From Octopus bimaculoides (taxonomy: Eukaryota), in NCBI RefSeq assembly GCF_001194135.2, contig NC_068987.1:75499594-75563593 (forward strand): a stretch of DNA of 64,000 bases, in the 5' to 3' direction. Numbering within the stretch: position 1 is the first letter of the stretch; each line of letters begins with the position of its first letter. The translations under genes were made by a program, and so were the position numbers. Shown one piece after another: positions 1 through 11,923 of this stretch. The notes under the pieces are model-generated. The model was not told where the DNA came from, did not search any database, and saw only the letters and a program-made list of their open reading frames with translations.

Positions 1-449
1 GAGTATAATACGCACTCTTTCTCTAACTTGAGTCAAGGAGGTCTATACAACGTCCTTGGTTTGGAAACGTATATACGGTAACGTCCTTTATTATTATTGT
101 ATATATAACATAATGCAAACGTGTATCTTTTTTGTGCACTTTTCAGAAAATAAAGAAATAACAGTAATAACGTTAGTGAAAAATAAATATTAAGTAAATT
201 GCCTTTGCGTATTTATGACTTAGAAAATTTTGCTTAGAAAATATTTTTCATTTTTAACCTCGTATATAGTACGCACTAGATATTTTGACCTTTAAATTTT
301 GGGAAAAAAGTGCGGATTATACTCGAGTATTTGCGGTATGTGCAAAGATATGAAACTATATATATGTATATATATATATATCTATATTTTGAACTCAGAA
401 CGTAACGGCAGACGAAATACCACTAAGCATTTCGCCCGGCGTGCTAACG

Positions 450-687
450 TTTCTTATTTCTTTACTGCTCACAAAGGGCTAGACACAGAGGGGACAAACA
501 AGGACAGACAAAGGGATTAAGTCGATTACATCGACCCCAGTGCGTAACTGATACTTAATTTATAGACCCCGAAAGGATGAAAGGCAAAGTCGACCTCGGC
601 GGAATTTGAACTCAGAACGTAAAGACAGACGAAATACCGCTAAGCATTTCGCCCGGTGTGCTAACGTTTCTGCCAGCTAACCGCCTT
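450..687 (-). mobile_element. SINE family C (about 240 bp, tRNA-like head), near full length; a further partial head lies at about 387-452
   Basis: Minus strand reads aaggcgg..agctggcagaaacgttagcac..gggcgaaatgcttagcggtatttcgtctgtctttacgttctgagttcaaattccgccgaggtcgac, with B-box-like GAGTTCAAATTC. The same sequence recurs at 2284, 17250, 17380, 26678, 33847 and 55990. Confidence 0.85.
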
Positions 688-1608
688 CTCCCACTCATAA
701 GATTGAAATATCGTTTGCAATATCACAGCCCTTCTTGGGTAAATTGCTATTTATTTCATATTGATATTTTGCACGTGTATATTATTGCTGTGTTTTAGAT
801 TAACTTATTCTACGTCTCTCTTACAGTGTCAAGCTCTTTATATGTATTACATAGAGGTATAGCAAAATATGTATGTATGTGTACATGTGATAGAGTAAAA
901 CTTTTCGCTTGTGGTTTAACTTATAAGAGGTTATTTTCTGTTTTGATGCTATCTCTCTTTGTAGTTTTATCCAGTAAATCTTTCTATTTGCTGTAATGTC
1001 CCGACCTAGTGAACCTTGTCTAATTCGTGCAGACTCATTAGAAAAATCAATCAACTTGGCCAGATGTTGATACCGACTGCTGATTAGTTCGTTACAAATA
1101 ATAAGAAAGCAATGCTATTTTGAAGTGCACTATCTTGGTGACCCTGTAGATCATGCATCTTAATGACTTTCAGAGAAGAATGTATTGTTGAGGAGTCCTT
1201 TTAATCTGTTAATCAGTCAATTAGCTGATTAGAATTCTGCGAGTTAAGAAAATATTTAAGTATACTGTATTTGCATCGCCTGCAGAATGTAACCTGCACC
1301 TGGGTAATGATAGAATGAATGAATGATATTCGTTCATCTTTACGACAATGCGAAAAAGATACAATGCTTATAATCTCATTCCAGACATGTGCAAGCTACT
1401 GCGAGCGACCCTCGAGTGTATGTGTTCCTGTAGTCGAGATTATGAGAGCGATCCTCGAGTATATGTGTGTCTATATTCATGATTATATTTCTATCTTGTA
1501 AATAACATCAACGAAACAATTATCTGAAATTGAACAAATAAGTACTGGGGTGAATACGATCGACCAAATACTTGAAGTCAGTACTCCAGCATGACTGATG
1601 CTAGCAAA

Positions 1609-1720
<112 letters not shown>

Positions 1721-2035
1721 GCACTTATCAAGGGGCATCTCTCGTCTGGGGCTTCTTGGAGCAAGGTCTGAAAGAGGTAACCAGTTGAAGGGGTTCTTAA
1801 GGGAGTCAACAATGCAAGAGTCAAAATTCCTTAATGGAGGACACCACACCACACCACTCCATTTTTAGATTTGATGATGGATTGTCGTTGACTTTTCGTT
1901 GGTATGATCCACCCTTGTAAGCAGATATTGTTTTACATGATGTGACAGGGTTCATCCATCTCCTGCTGACGAGAGGGGCGTTGCTCGTCAACAGCCTGAC
2001 TATGAAATAGATGGTACTGGTTTACATCTTTTATT

Positions 2036-2643
2036 ATCTTTTCCTTGTTTCAGTCACTGGACTGCGACCATGCTGGGGCACTGTCTTGAAACGTGTAATC
2101 GAACAAATCGACGCCAGTACTATTTTCAAGTCCGATACTTATTCCATCGGTCTCATTTATAGATACGCTAATGTTACGGGGACGTAAACAAACCAACACT
2201 GGTTGTCAAGTGGTAATGAGATACCAGCACATACATACACACACATTACACACACATATACGACGAGCTTCCATATAGTTTCCTATTTCTTTATTGCCCA
2301 TAAGGGGCTAAACATAGAGGGGGCAAACAAGGACAGACAAACGGATTAAGTCGATTACATCGATCCCAGTGCGTAACTGGTACTTAATTTATCGTCCCCG
2401 AAAGGATGAAAGGCAAAGTCGACCTCGGCGGAATTTGAACTCAGAACATAACAGCAGACGAAATACTGCTAAGCATTTCGCCCGGTGTGCTAACGATTCT
2501 GACAGCTCGCCGCCTTAACTTCCATATAGTTTCCGTCCATCAAATTCACCCACAAGGCTTTGGTTGACTTGGAGGTGCAGTAGAAGACACTTGCCCAAGG
2601 TACCGCGCTGTGGAACAGAACTCGAAAGCACATGGTTTCAAAC
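2036..2643 (-). mobile_element. SINE family B (internal TA/TG/CA microsatellite), interrupted by a family C SINE; 5' end runs into a gap
   Basis: Reverse complement of the element at 18703-19106 (ccttgggcaagtgtcttctact...ccaaagccttgtg.gtg.atttg...gacggaaact; tail gccccagcatggtcgcagtccagtgactgaaacaagg). Confidence 0.8.
2284..2518 (-). mobile_element. SINE family C nested in SINE B, with a 16-bp target-site duplication
   Basis: cttccatatagtttcc occurs exactly at 2268-2283 and 2519-2534, flanking a full family C copy. Confidence 0.92.
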
Positions 2644-2733
2644 NNNNNNNNNNNNNNNNNNNNNNNNNNNNNNNNNNNNNNNNNNNNNNNNNNNNNNNNN
2701 NNNNNNNNNNNNNNNNNNNNNNNNNNNNNNNNN

Positions 2734-3066
2734 AATGGCCCAGTGGTTAGGGCAGCGGACTCGCAGTCATAGGATCGCGAAAACACCTAAAGCTCCACGA
2801 GGCTCCGGCAGGGGATGGTGGCCAACTCTGCTGTACTCTTTCACCACAACCTTCTCTCACTCTTACTTCCTGTTTCTGTTGTGCCTGTAATTCAAAGGGT
2901 CAGCCTTGTCACACTGTGTCACGCTGAATATCCCCGAGAACTACGTTAAGGGTACACGTGTCTGTGGAGTGCTCAGCCACTTGCACGTTAATTTCACGAG
3001 CAGGCCGTTCCGTTGATCGGATCAACTGGAACCCTCGACGTCGTAAGCGACGGAGTGTCAACAACA
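2734..3066 (+). mobile_element. SINE family A (tRNA-derived), internally deleted, directly after a gap
   Basis: aatggcccagtggttagggcagcggactc head and ...gcacgttaatttcacgagcagg..gttccgttgatcggatcaactggaaccctcgacgtcgtaagcgacggagtg tail; matches 11068-11459. Confidence 0.85.
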
Positions 3067-3419
3067 TAGTTAATGATGCTTATTTAAAGAGACGTGCTGT
3101 ACTGTGAGGGTAATTTGCCATTGCTATGTGAAATGATTGTGCGAAGTGTTATTTCATCGTTTTGTTTTGACTGGAAATCTATTACATTATTCTACTGCAT
3201 ATTTCATAAATGCATAATTTGTGGTGGAAAACATCCACGTCCAACAAAAAATTTGTGGTTCGTCCTTAAAAGTGTTCAATCAATTGATTTGTATTTTACC
3301 CGTAGTGCATTTTTAACTGAATTTCATGGGCCGTTATCGCAATGTCAACGATAGGCAGGAAAATATGAACATGGTGGGAGGAACTTTCAGGGAAATTACG
3401 TTTGAGGAGGCAGTCTCTC

Positions 3420-3472
<53 letters not shown>

Positions 3473-3681
3473 ATATATATATAATAAAATAATCAAGGAT
3501 ACTTTATACGATTTTATTAAGTAGCCAGCATATAATGAATCATATAGGTAATAATTAATGCAAGTATATATAATTATATAAATGTAATTATAATAATAAG
3601 GGCACTAATGAATAGCCCCACATGCTAGAAATAAACGCCAAATGGGTCTATATATATATGTATATATGTGTGTATATACAT

Positions 3682-3746
<65 letters not shown>

Positions 3747-3801
3747 TGACCGCTAAATCCACAAGTTTTTTATATTCTCTTTCTGTTTATTTCCTTGTAT
3801 T

Positions 3802-4131
3802 CCTTTCTGTTGAAGAGCGTAGGCTCGAAACGTAAAACACTTTCTCACCTTCCCGCGCGTCAAACTAATATACCAGCTTGTTGTTTATACACCTATCTTC
3901 GTCTTTTGCTTTTCTGTAAATTTCAACTATATGTGTATGTATGTATGTATGTATGTATGTATGTATGTATGTATGTATGTATGTGTGTATGTATGTATGT
4001 ATATAGTCCAAATTTACAGAAAACAAAAGACGAAGACAGGTGAAGGAAAAACAAGCAGGTGTATTAGGATAACGCTCTGGAAGAATGGAAAAGTCTTTGA
4101 TGTTTCGAGCCTACGCTCCTCGACAGAAAGG
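3802..4131. mobile_element. Inverted pair of Penelope-like terminal repeats (3802-3923 on +, 4010-4131 on -) flanking a (TATG)n microsatellite
   Basis: Reverse complement of 4010-4131 (cctttctgtcgaggagcgtaggctcgaaacatcaaagac...cacctgtcttcgtcttttgttttctgtaaattt) aligns end to end with 3802-3923 (cctttctgttgaagagcgtaggctcgaaacgtaaaacac...cacctatcttcgtcttttgcttttctgtaaattt). The Penelope assignment is inferred from the terminal motif. Confidence 0.65.
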
Positions 4132-5459
4132 ATTAAGAGGGGGAAAAAAACGGAGAGAGAAAAAATGTTTAGGGATTTACAGTTCAACATGATAAAATGG
4201 CTGGAAATATATACATACATAGAAAACACACACACGCGCGCATATATTCATAATATATATACATGCACATGTATACCTTTCTCAATGTATGTGTATGAGT
4301 ATGTCTATCTGCATTCCTCTGGCTTCAATTATTGGACTCCGGTTATGGTGTAGCACCGCCTGCGTTTAGTCGATTATACGTACTTTTCTACTTTTTTGAA
4401 AAGTCAGTGATTATTTTATTGAATCACAACGAACTTCTGTGAGTTTTTTTTTTATAGCAAGTTTTCACTCTCAAGTCATTGGTCAGAGGCTTTCGTGCAG
4501 AGTGCTACGTACAAGGATCGAACTCAAAACTACATTGTTGAAGCGAACTTCTTAACCACATAACTGTTCTTGCTCCAGGCATAGGAGGAGTGAGGGGAGG
4601 GGGAGGTAGTCACAAGGTGGTGGAAGACGAAAGGAGAAAAGATGAATGAGCCCGATGGGTCTACACACACACACGATATATATATAGATGCATACATACG
4701 CCTATATGCGTACACACATACAGACATTCCCCCCACACACATATATATATACACACTTATTTGTTTCTTTTCCTTTTCATATATACACACAATTATATAT
4801 ATATTTATATATAAATATGACTGTATTATGTGTGTTTAAATATAAACAATACACATTCACATACAATTATGTATTGGAATGAGCATTTACATCAAATACA
4901 ATAGTAAATATCTTTTTTTCAACAATCTTGAATTATTTTTTCTTTAATCACATCTTGCGGTTATTTTATCTTTTTCGTTCACTAAACAAAGCAAAAAATG
5001 GCCCTACAGAAAAAGCAAAAGTAAAGAAAAAAACAAAACAAAAAAAAATAAAATAAAAAAAATTGAAAACGAATTAACTGAAGAATTCTTATGAATAATT
5101 TCAATTGTTCATGAATTTTACATATTCTATAATTAGCAGATGATTATAGTACGGACAGATTGTATGAAACAATGAATATATTTCATTTCAATTTTACGAG
5201 TGAGCAGTGTTATTTATTATCTATTGTTTTTTAAGTAGAATTTCATATCACAGCAATGGATTGTACTTCTTCTCTGAACTTCATTTCCATTAATTTTAAT
5301 TAATCTACCTATGTATGCACACAGGCGTGAATCTGCATCGCACACTCGCGTGCACCAGACACACATGTACATAAGATACACAAACGCATTTGCACGCGCA
5401 GACACAGATGCATTCATATATTAGAGACGCTGATGTTTCATACTGTACGTATGTTCTAG

Positions 5460-5631
5460 CAGATGTCTGTGTATTTGTATGTCTGTGCATAATGCGAATG
5501 AGGGAGTGAGAGGGGAGAGAAAGAAACAAAGAAACAAACTGAGGAAATGACTTTTTACTTCTCCTCCTCCATCTCCTCATTCGTCACAATGTTTTTAGAT
5601 AGATGGAGAAATGTAAATAGTGTGTGTGAGT

Positions 5632-5727
<96 letters not shown>

Positions 5728-6520
5728 CAGATTAAGAGAGAGTAACTATTAAAGAGGGTGAGAGAGAATATGTGTGAGCGTTCGAAAACATAGTTGACGA
5801 TTTTGACGTGTGGGGTATTAAAAGATTCAGTAATCTTTCGGCTACCAAATAAACTTTATTTTTATTTGCATATTCGCATTACAAAAATTTAACATTATAA
5901 TCTTTCTATAAGTCAACTATCGTAAAAGACATTTTACACGACGACGACGACGACGACGACAACGTCACATCTATATAAAGGAGCACTCCGTCGGTTACGA
6001 CAACGTGGGTCCCAGATGATACGATCAACGGAACAGCCTGCTCATGAAATTAACGTGCAAGTGACTGAGCAATCCACAGACACGTGTACCCCCAATGTAG
6101 TTCTCAGGGAGACTCAGCGTGACACATAACGTGACAAGGCCGGCCCTTTGAAATACAGGTACACCTCATTTTTGCCAGCTGAGTCGACAGGAGCAACGTG
6201 AAATAAAGTGTCTTGCTCAAGGACAGTACGCGTCACCGGGAATCGAACTCACAACCTTACGATCGTGAGCCGAGTGCCTTAACCGCTAAGCCACGCGCCT
6301 TCCCTCACATCTATATATCTATCTATTGGCAGATGTCTGTGTTTTTGTATGTCTGTGCATAATGCTAATCAGGATGTGAGAGGAGAGGGAAAGAAAGAGA
6401 GAAGCAAAGTGAGGAAGTGACTCTTTACTTCTCCTCCTCTATCTCCTCATTCGTCACATCGTTTTTCGATAGAGGGGAAATGTAAATTGTGTAAGTGTGT
6501 GAGTGAGTTAGAGAGAGAGA
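5460..6520 (+). repeat. Diverged direct duplication of about 180 bp (5460-5640 and about 6330-6520) upstream of the Helitron fragment
   Basis: cagatgtctgtgt.tttgtatgtctgtgcataatgc...tttacttctcctcctc.atctcctcattcgtcaca...aaatgtaaat occurs twice, each followed by (GA)n. Confidence 0.8.
5978..6304 (-). mobile_element. SINE family A' (different head, same 3' tail as family A) with 13-bp TSD
   Basis: TSD tcacatctatata at 5965-5977 and 6305-6317. Minus-strand head ggcgcgtggcttagcggttaagg...gagttcgattcc; tail shared with family A. Confidence 0.88.
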
Positions 6521-6959
6521 GAGAAAGAGAGAGAAACAGACATAAACTAAGGGACCATTACAGAGGGTGAGAGAGAATGAGAAAAAGACAGCGAAGAGAG
6601 AAAGAAACAGAGAGAGAAAACAAGTTTCTATAGGAGAAGTTGAAAGAGAGAGGGATAATGGGAGAGAGAGACGCTGGTGTTTGATACGGTATGCATGTTC
6701 TATAGGTGAAGATAAAAGCCGGCACAAAGACAGCAGGAAAAGTGGGAGAGAAAGAGATGCTGATGTTTGATACTGTATGTATGTGTGTGTGTGCGCGCGT
6801 GCGTGCAGCGTTCCACAATCGCCATTTATTTCAGTCACCCTTGTGAATATATTCACATAACTTTCACTCATTTGTTCATGTAATCCCCTTCTCGAGAAAA
6901 ATGTTCCCACTCTCTACAAGAGGAGATGGGATAGATGGAGATGATAAATATTCTACAGT

Positions 6960-8045
6960 GAAACAAAGACGAGTATAGGTAGCCACAGTAAGGTCACTAG
7001 AGACCCTTGCACAACGACAACAAAAACCTGAAAACGACCGAAGGAGAGCTGCTGCACGCAGGGTTAATGAGTCACAAGAGGAAAGGGAAAGACAGTTAGA
7101 ACAATTGCGTCAGCAAAATGCAATCCGCAGGAGCCAAGAGTCAAAAAAGGAAAGAGCAAAACATTTAAAAGATACAAAACAAAGACAAGCTGCCAGAGTT
7201 GCCAATGAGACAAGAGGTCAGCGAGAGATGAGACAAAGAAAAAACCAGGAGCAAACAGTTGCAAGTTTTCGCCAATCCTTAGAGGAAAGACGTAAGCGTC
7301 TTCATCAAGATAGGCTGAATACGTTTGACAAAAGAGTCGCACCTTTTGCACCGATGAACTAAAATATAATTATTTTACAGGGAAATTGATTGATATTTGA
7401 GCAATGTCAAAAGGCTGCTGATTTTGTAAAGGAAAGAAATCGGAAAGAGAAATGACCTCTATGTGTTGTGGTGGAGGAATGGTTGTTTTACTGACGTCTG
7501 ATATTCCCCTAGATACTTTGAAAGCGTTGCTTTTGGGAAACACACCAAGGAGCATGCACTTCTTGAAAAACATTAGGGATTATAATTCTGCTTTCCAAAT
7601 TATCTCCTTTGCTAGCAATATTGTAAGAGAAAGGAACACGAAGCCAACTTTTAAAGTTCAAGGTCAAGTATACCGTCATACTGGATCTTTGTTGCCAACT
7701 GAAGGCAAGAATCCTCAGTTTTCACAGCTATATTTTGTGGAAAATTACAAGGAGCAGGCTTTGCAATGGTCACTTAACGTTCCAGATTTGAAAAACAAGA
7801 GTTAATCTTTGATCTGCAAGATATGTTGCATGCAAACAATAGCTACATAAGAAACTTTGAGTATTGAGCATTGGAATCTGCACCACCCACAAAATACAAG
7901 ATAGTTATTGATGCAGACAAAAAGCCTGTTGCTGAGCACAGAAGCCGCTACTATACCCCTGCAGCAAATGAATAAGCAGCAATTATTACAGGTGACGAGT
8001 ATGGGAAAAGAGATATTATTATTCAAGGAAGAGGAAATAAGATTG
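6960..8045 (+). mobile_element. Helitron RepHel N-terminal fragment (decayed, frameshifted)
   Basis: Charged ETxEQRxxRL-like repeats (7105-7362), then MCCGGGMV...HFLKNIRDYNSAFQIISF...PTFKVQGQVYRHTGSLLP...PQFSQLYF (7452-7805), then LQDMLHANNSYI...IVIDADKKP..EHRSRYYTP..NE. These segments are typical of the Helitron region upstream of Rep. Confidence 0.85.
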
Positions 8046-8049
8046 TTGA

Positions 8050-8420
8050 ACTGAAGGGATCAAAACTGTTGAGGAAGGTGCACTGAAGAGGTACAGTGAA
8101 ATGATGGTAGGTAAGGGAAAAAGGAAAAGTGGCGGGTCGTGGGAGTGGATGTAGGGTGAGGGAGCAGTGTTGGGATCCACTTTGTGGACTCGAACAAGAG
8201 CAGATTTGAACTATGGTTGGGGTACTCCGTCGTAAAAGAGTCAGGTGCATGTTTTGAACATTTCTCAAAGTCGTGGCCATAGCAACAGAGGTCGCGGTTA
8301 AAGAATTGGAAGCAGAAAGAGAACGGAGGCAGAACTAGAGGTTTGTATGTTTGTAAAGGGTACAGGTGACAATGGTGAGACTGGAGAAGTCGAGGGTAAC
8401 GGATTCTAAGAGGTGTAACA
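8050..8420 (-). mobile_element. Probable Penelope-like RT C-terminal fragment, degenerate
   Basis: Minus frames give LDFSS... and FSFCFQFFNRDLCCYGHDFEKCSKHAPDSFTTEYPNHSSNL, resembling the PLE pattern IPxSQFLRLRRxCSxxxDF...FxxRGYP. Similarity judged by eye only. Confidence 0.4.
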
Positions 8421-8831
8421 GAAGTGTGTGTGTGTTTTTGTGTGTGTGTGTATATGTATGTATGTGTGTATGTATGTGTGCACATATATGTACATAAGTA
8501 CAGTTATGTGTATGCGTTTGTGTAAATACACATGTCTATGTATGTGGTTATATATATTTTTTTAATATACATGTGCATATACAGTATATTTATTTGTCTA
8601 GACAATGTACTTTGACTTCATTTATTTTAATGTACCTTAAATAGTATATATATAGTACACGCGCATATAAACACGCATGCACGCAAACTCACGTGCGCGC
8701 CCACACATCCATAAATGAATTTGTATATAGAGCCACAGATAAGACACACACACATTCACGTATAAAAATATATATACACACATATACATCTATATAATGC
8801 ATACATACATACCTACATACATGTATGTAAA

Positions 8832-8882
<51 letters not shown>

Positions 8883-10385
8883 GTAAAAGTTTATACACCT
8901 ACGTATATATTCATGTATGTATTAAAGTGCCCGTAAACATATCGATCGTAAGTAAAATTGATATAAAAACCTGTTTGTATTTGTTTCATACGTAATATGT
9001 TCTTCAGACTAGCAACTATGTAGTCATCTCATAAACGTTAATTATGTATGTATGTATGTATGTATGTGAGGGTGTGTGTGGGTGTTTATATAAGCATTTG
9101 TCCATTATTAATATACATTGACAAAACTGTAAATTCTAACAAAACATTATATTTTATTTTACGAGAGGACATTCCTGAAGAAGTGATACTTTCTTCTTGT
9201 CATTCATCGTAACGTTGAAGTAGTTTTATTTCTAAAACTCAGTAACATATACAACCACGTATAAGTATGGAGACATGTAAATACATCATAGATTTAGATA
9301 TTATGAGCCGTGTTGTATGCATATTTCATAAGCATTGATGACAGCTTAATGGACTCTTGTTGGGCAACAGCGTAGTGCTGTTAGATATAGCTAAAGACTC
9401 TCAGTGATAAATATATTGACATGTTCACTACTCAAGAAGATTAGGGAAACATGGACGCAAATAAAATTACTAGTAACCTACTCTGTATCGATAATAGTTT
9501 CAAGAAATGAGATATGCCTGGGTTATTTCACAACAAAATATTAAATATTAATATTCGTCACCATCTTAGTCGATTATATTAGAAAATGAAAAAAAATGTA
9601 ACGAAATATCACTGGTTATTTTATTTGACGTTCTACCGATTCTTCTGCCAACTTACTCAGGCGCGCATTTATGTGTGTCTGTGTGTAATACAATATAATG
9701 TGCATGTTCAGCAAATGTGAAAAAATGTTATACAGTGAAGAAACATTTTTTGATATAGAAAACAATATATATATATGTATGTGTGTATATATATGTAAAT
9801 ATATATGCATATATATATGTATATATACATGTACATATATATNNNNNNNNNNNNNNNNNNNNNNNNNNNNNNNNNNNNNNNNNNNNNNNNNNNNNNNNNN
9901 NNNNNNNNNNNNNNNNNNNNNNNNNNNNNNNNNNNNNNNNNNNNNNNNNNNNNNNNNNNNNNNNNNNNNNNNNNNNNNNNNNNNNNNNNNNNNNNNNNNN
10001 NNNNNNNNNNNNNNNNNNNNNNNNNNNNNNNNNNNNNNNNNNNNNNNNNNNNNNNNNNNNNNNNNNNNNNNNNNNNNNNNNNNNNNNNNNNNNNNNNNNN
10101 NNNNNNNNNNNNNNNNNNNNNNNNNNNNNNNNNNNNNNNNNNNNNNNNNNNNNNNNNNNNNNNNNNNNNNNNNNNNNNNNNNNNNNNNNNNNNNNNNNNN
10201 NNNNNNNNNNNNNNNNNNNNNNNNNNNNNNNNNNNNNNNNNNNNNNNNNNNNNNNNNNNNNNNNNNNNNNNNNNNNNNNNNNNNNNNNNNNNNNNNNNNN
10301 NNNNNNNNNNNNNNNNNNNNNNNNNNNNNNNNNNNNNNNNNNNNNNNNNNNNNNNNNNNNNNNNNNNNNNNNNNNNNNNNNNNNN

Positions 10386-10427
<42 letters not shown>

Positions 10428-10944
10428 AATATATATATATATATATATAGCACAATGGCTCTGACGAAAGTAGCATTAATTTTCCAAGGTCGTTCAATTT
10501 GCCTCAATTGATCAATAGACCAATTGAGTAAATCTATCCGTAATGTTCCTTTAATGACCGCTGGAAACAGATGTAAGTCAAATCTACTCAAATAAAGGAA
10601 TTATACGTAATGGCCATTATTTTAAACTTGTTTCTTATATATAGACACATCAAGATGAAGACTAACACCAACGTCCCATGAGAGAGACTTGAAAAACTGA
10701 TCTGTCAACATGAAACCAATAGTAGTCTGATTAGCCCACAAATAGCCAATAGTTACTCTCCAATGCGATGTTGAGCATTCATTCTCACTGTCCGGTATTA
10801 ACGCAGCTGTTCTTGCGAAATCGAAGCCCATTCCTAGCGTAATTTTGTCACCTGAGCACCGGGCGAAGCACGAAGAGTGCTCGAGACCCCCGTCTCCAAA
10901 ATAGACCAAACAGATTGACAGTGACTTCGAAGTTTCGCAGCACC

Positions 10945-10979
<35 letters not shown>

Positions 10980-11067
10980 TATGAATGTATACATATATAT
11001 AGAATAAATGTATACGTGTATGTATGTATGTATGTATGTATGTATGTATGTATGTATGTATGTATAA

Positions 11068-11459
11068 GTGGAGGCGCAATGGCCCAATGGTTAGGGCAGC
11101 GGACTCCCGATAATAGGATCGCGGTTTCGATTCCCAGACCGGGTGTTGTGAGTGTTTATTGAGCGAAAATACCTAAAGCTCCACGAGGCTCCGGCAGGGG
11201 ATGGTGGCCAACCCTGCTGTACTCTTTCACCACAACTTTCTCTCACTCTTACTTCCTGTTTCTGATGTACCTGTAATTCAAAGGGTCAGCCTTGTCACAC
11301 TGTCACGCTGAATGCCCCCGAGAACTACGTTAAGGGTACACATGTCTGTGGAGTGCTCAGCCACTTGCACGTTAATTTCACGAGCAGGCTGTTCCGTTGA
11401 TCGGATCAACTGGAACACTCGACGTCGTAAGTGACGGAGTGCCAACATCAACAACAACA
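11068..11459 (+). mobile_element. SINE family A, full length, inserted in a (TATG)n tract
   Basis: tRNA-like A box (tggcccaatggttagg) and B box (ggtttcgattccc), (caa)n tail, and TATG repeats on both sides. Confidence 0.9.
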
Positions 11460-11508
11460 TGTATGTATGTATGCATGTATGAATGTATTTATGTATGTAT
11501 GTCGGCAC

Positions 11509-11570
<62 letters not shown>

Positions 11571-11904
11571 ATTTATGTATATGAATTTGCATGTCTGCAT
11601 GCATTACATAGATCGTTAGTTGAAAAAAATATAAAAGATAATGGAAAATGGAAGTTATTATTTTTGATCAATTTTATTCGAAGTCATTTGTATATTTTAA
11701 ACTTGCATCTAATTAACAAAAATGTTTTGCCATTCTGGTCTATATGAATTCGTATTATGTATATCCATTAGACACTGTTGTATAAAAAGAAATGGTTTAA
11801 CATCAAGTTGATTAATATATCTTCTACATGCACAGGTGAAATCTTACTACCTTTTCTCTCAGTCTGTTTGTCTGACTCCCTCCCTCCCTCTTTCTCTTTC
11901 TTAG

Positions 11905-11923
11905 GTGTTTAAAAGAAAAGTTT
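11905..11923 (+). other. Candidate 19-nt microexon (GTGTTTAAAAGAAAAGTTT)
   Basis: Branch-point-like CTGAC at about 11872, then pyrimidine tract ctccctccctccctctttctctttcttAG and a GTGAGT donor at 11924. No homology evidence. Confidence 0.4.

Noticed and set aside
9616-10591. Long ORFs spanning N-gaps or microsatellites (also 22.9-24.9, 26.8-27.7, 34.2-35.6, 43.4-44.2, 48.6-49.0, 51.6-52.2 and 62.3-63.9 kb)
   Set aside because: They are open only because of Ns or stop-free di-, tri- and tetranucleotide repeats; no protein signal.
11071-11145. tRNA-like sequences with A and B boxes (heads of SINE families A, A', B and C)
   Set aside because: They continue into SINE bodies, some with TSDs, and I could not fold a full cloverleaf; these are not tRNA genes.
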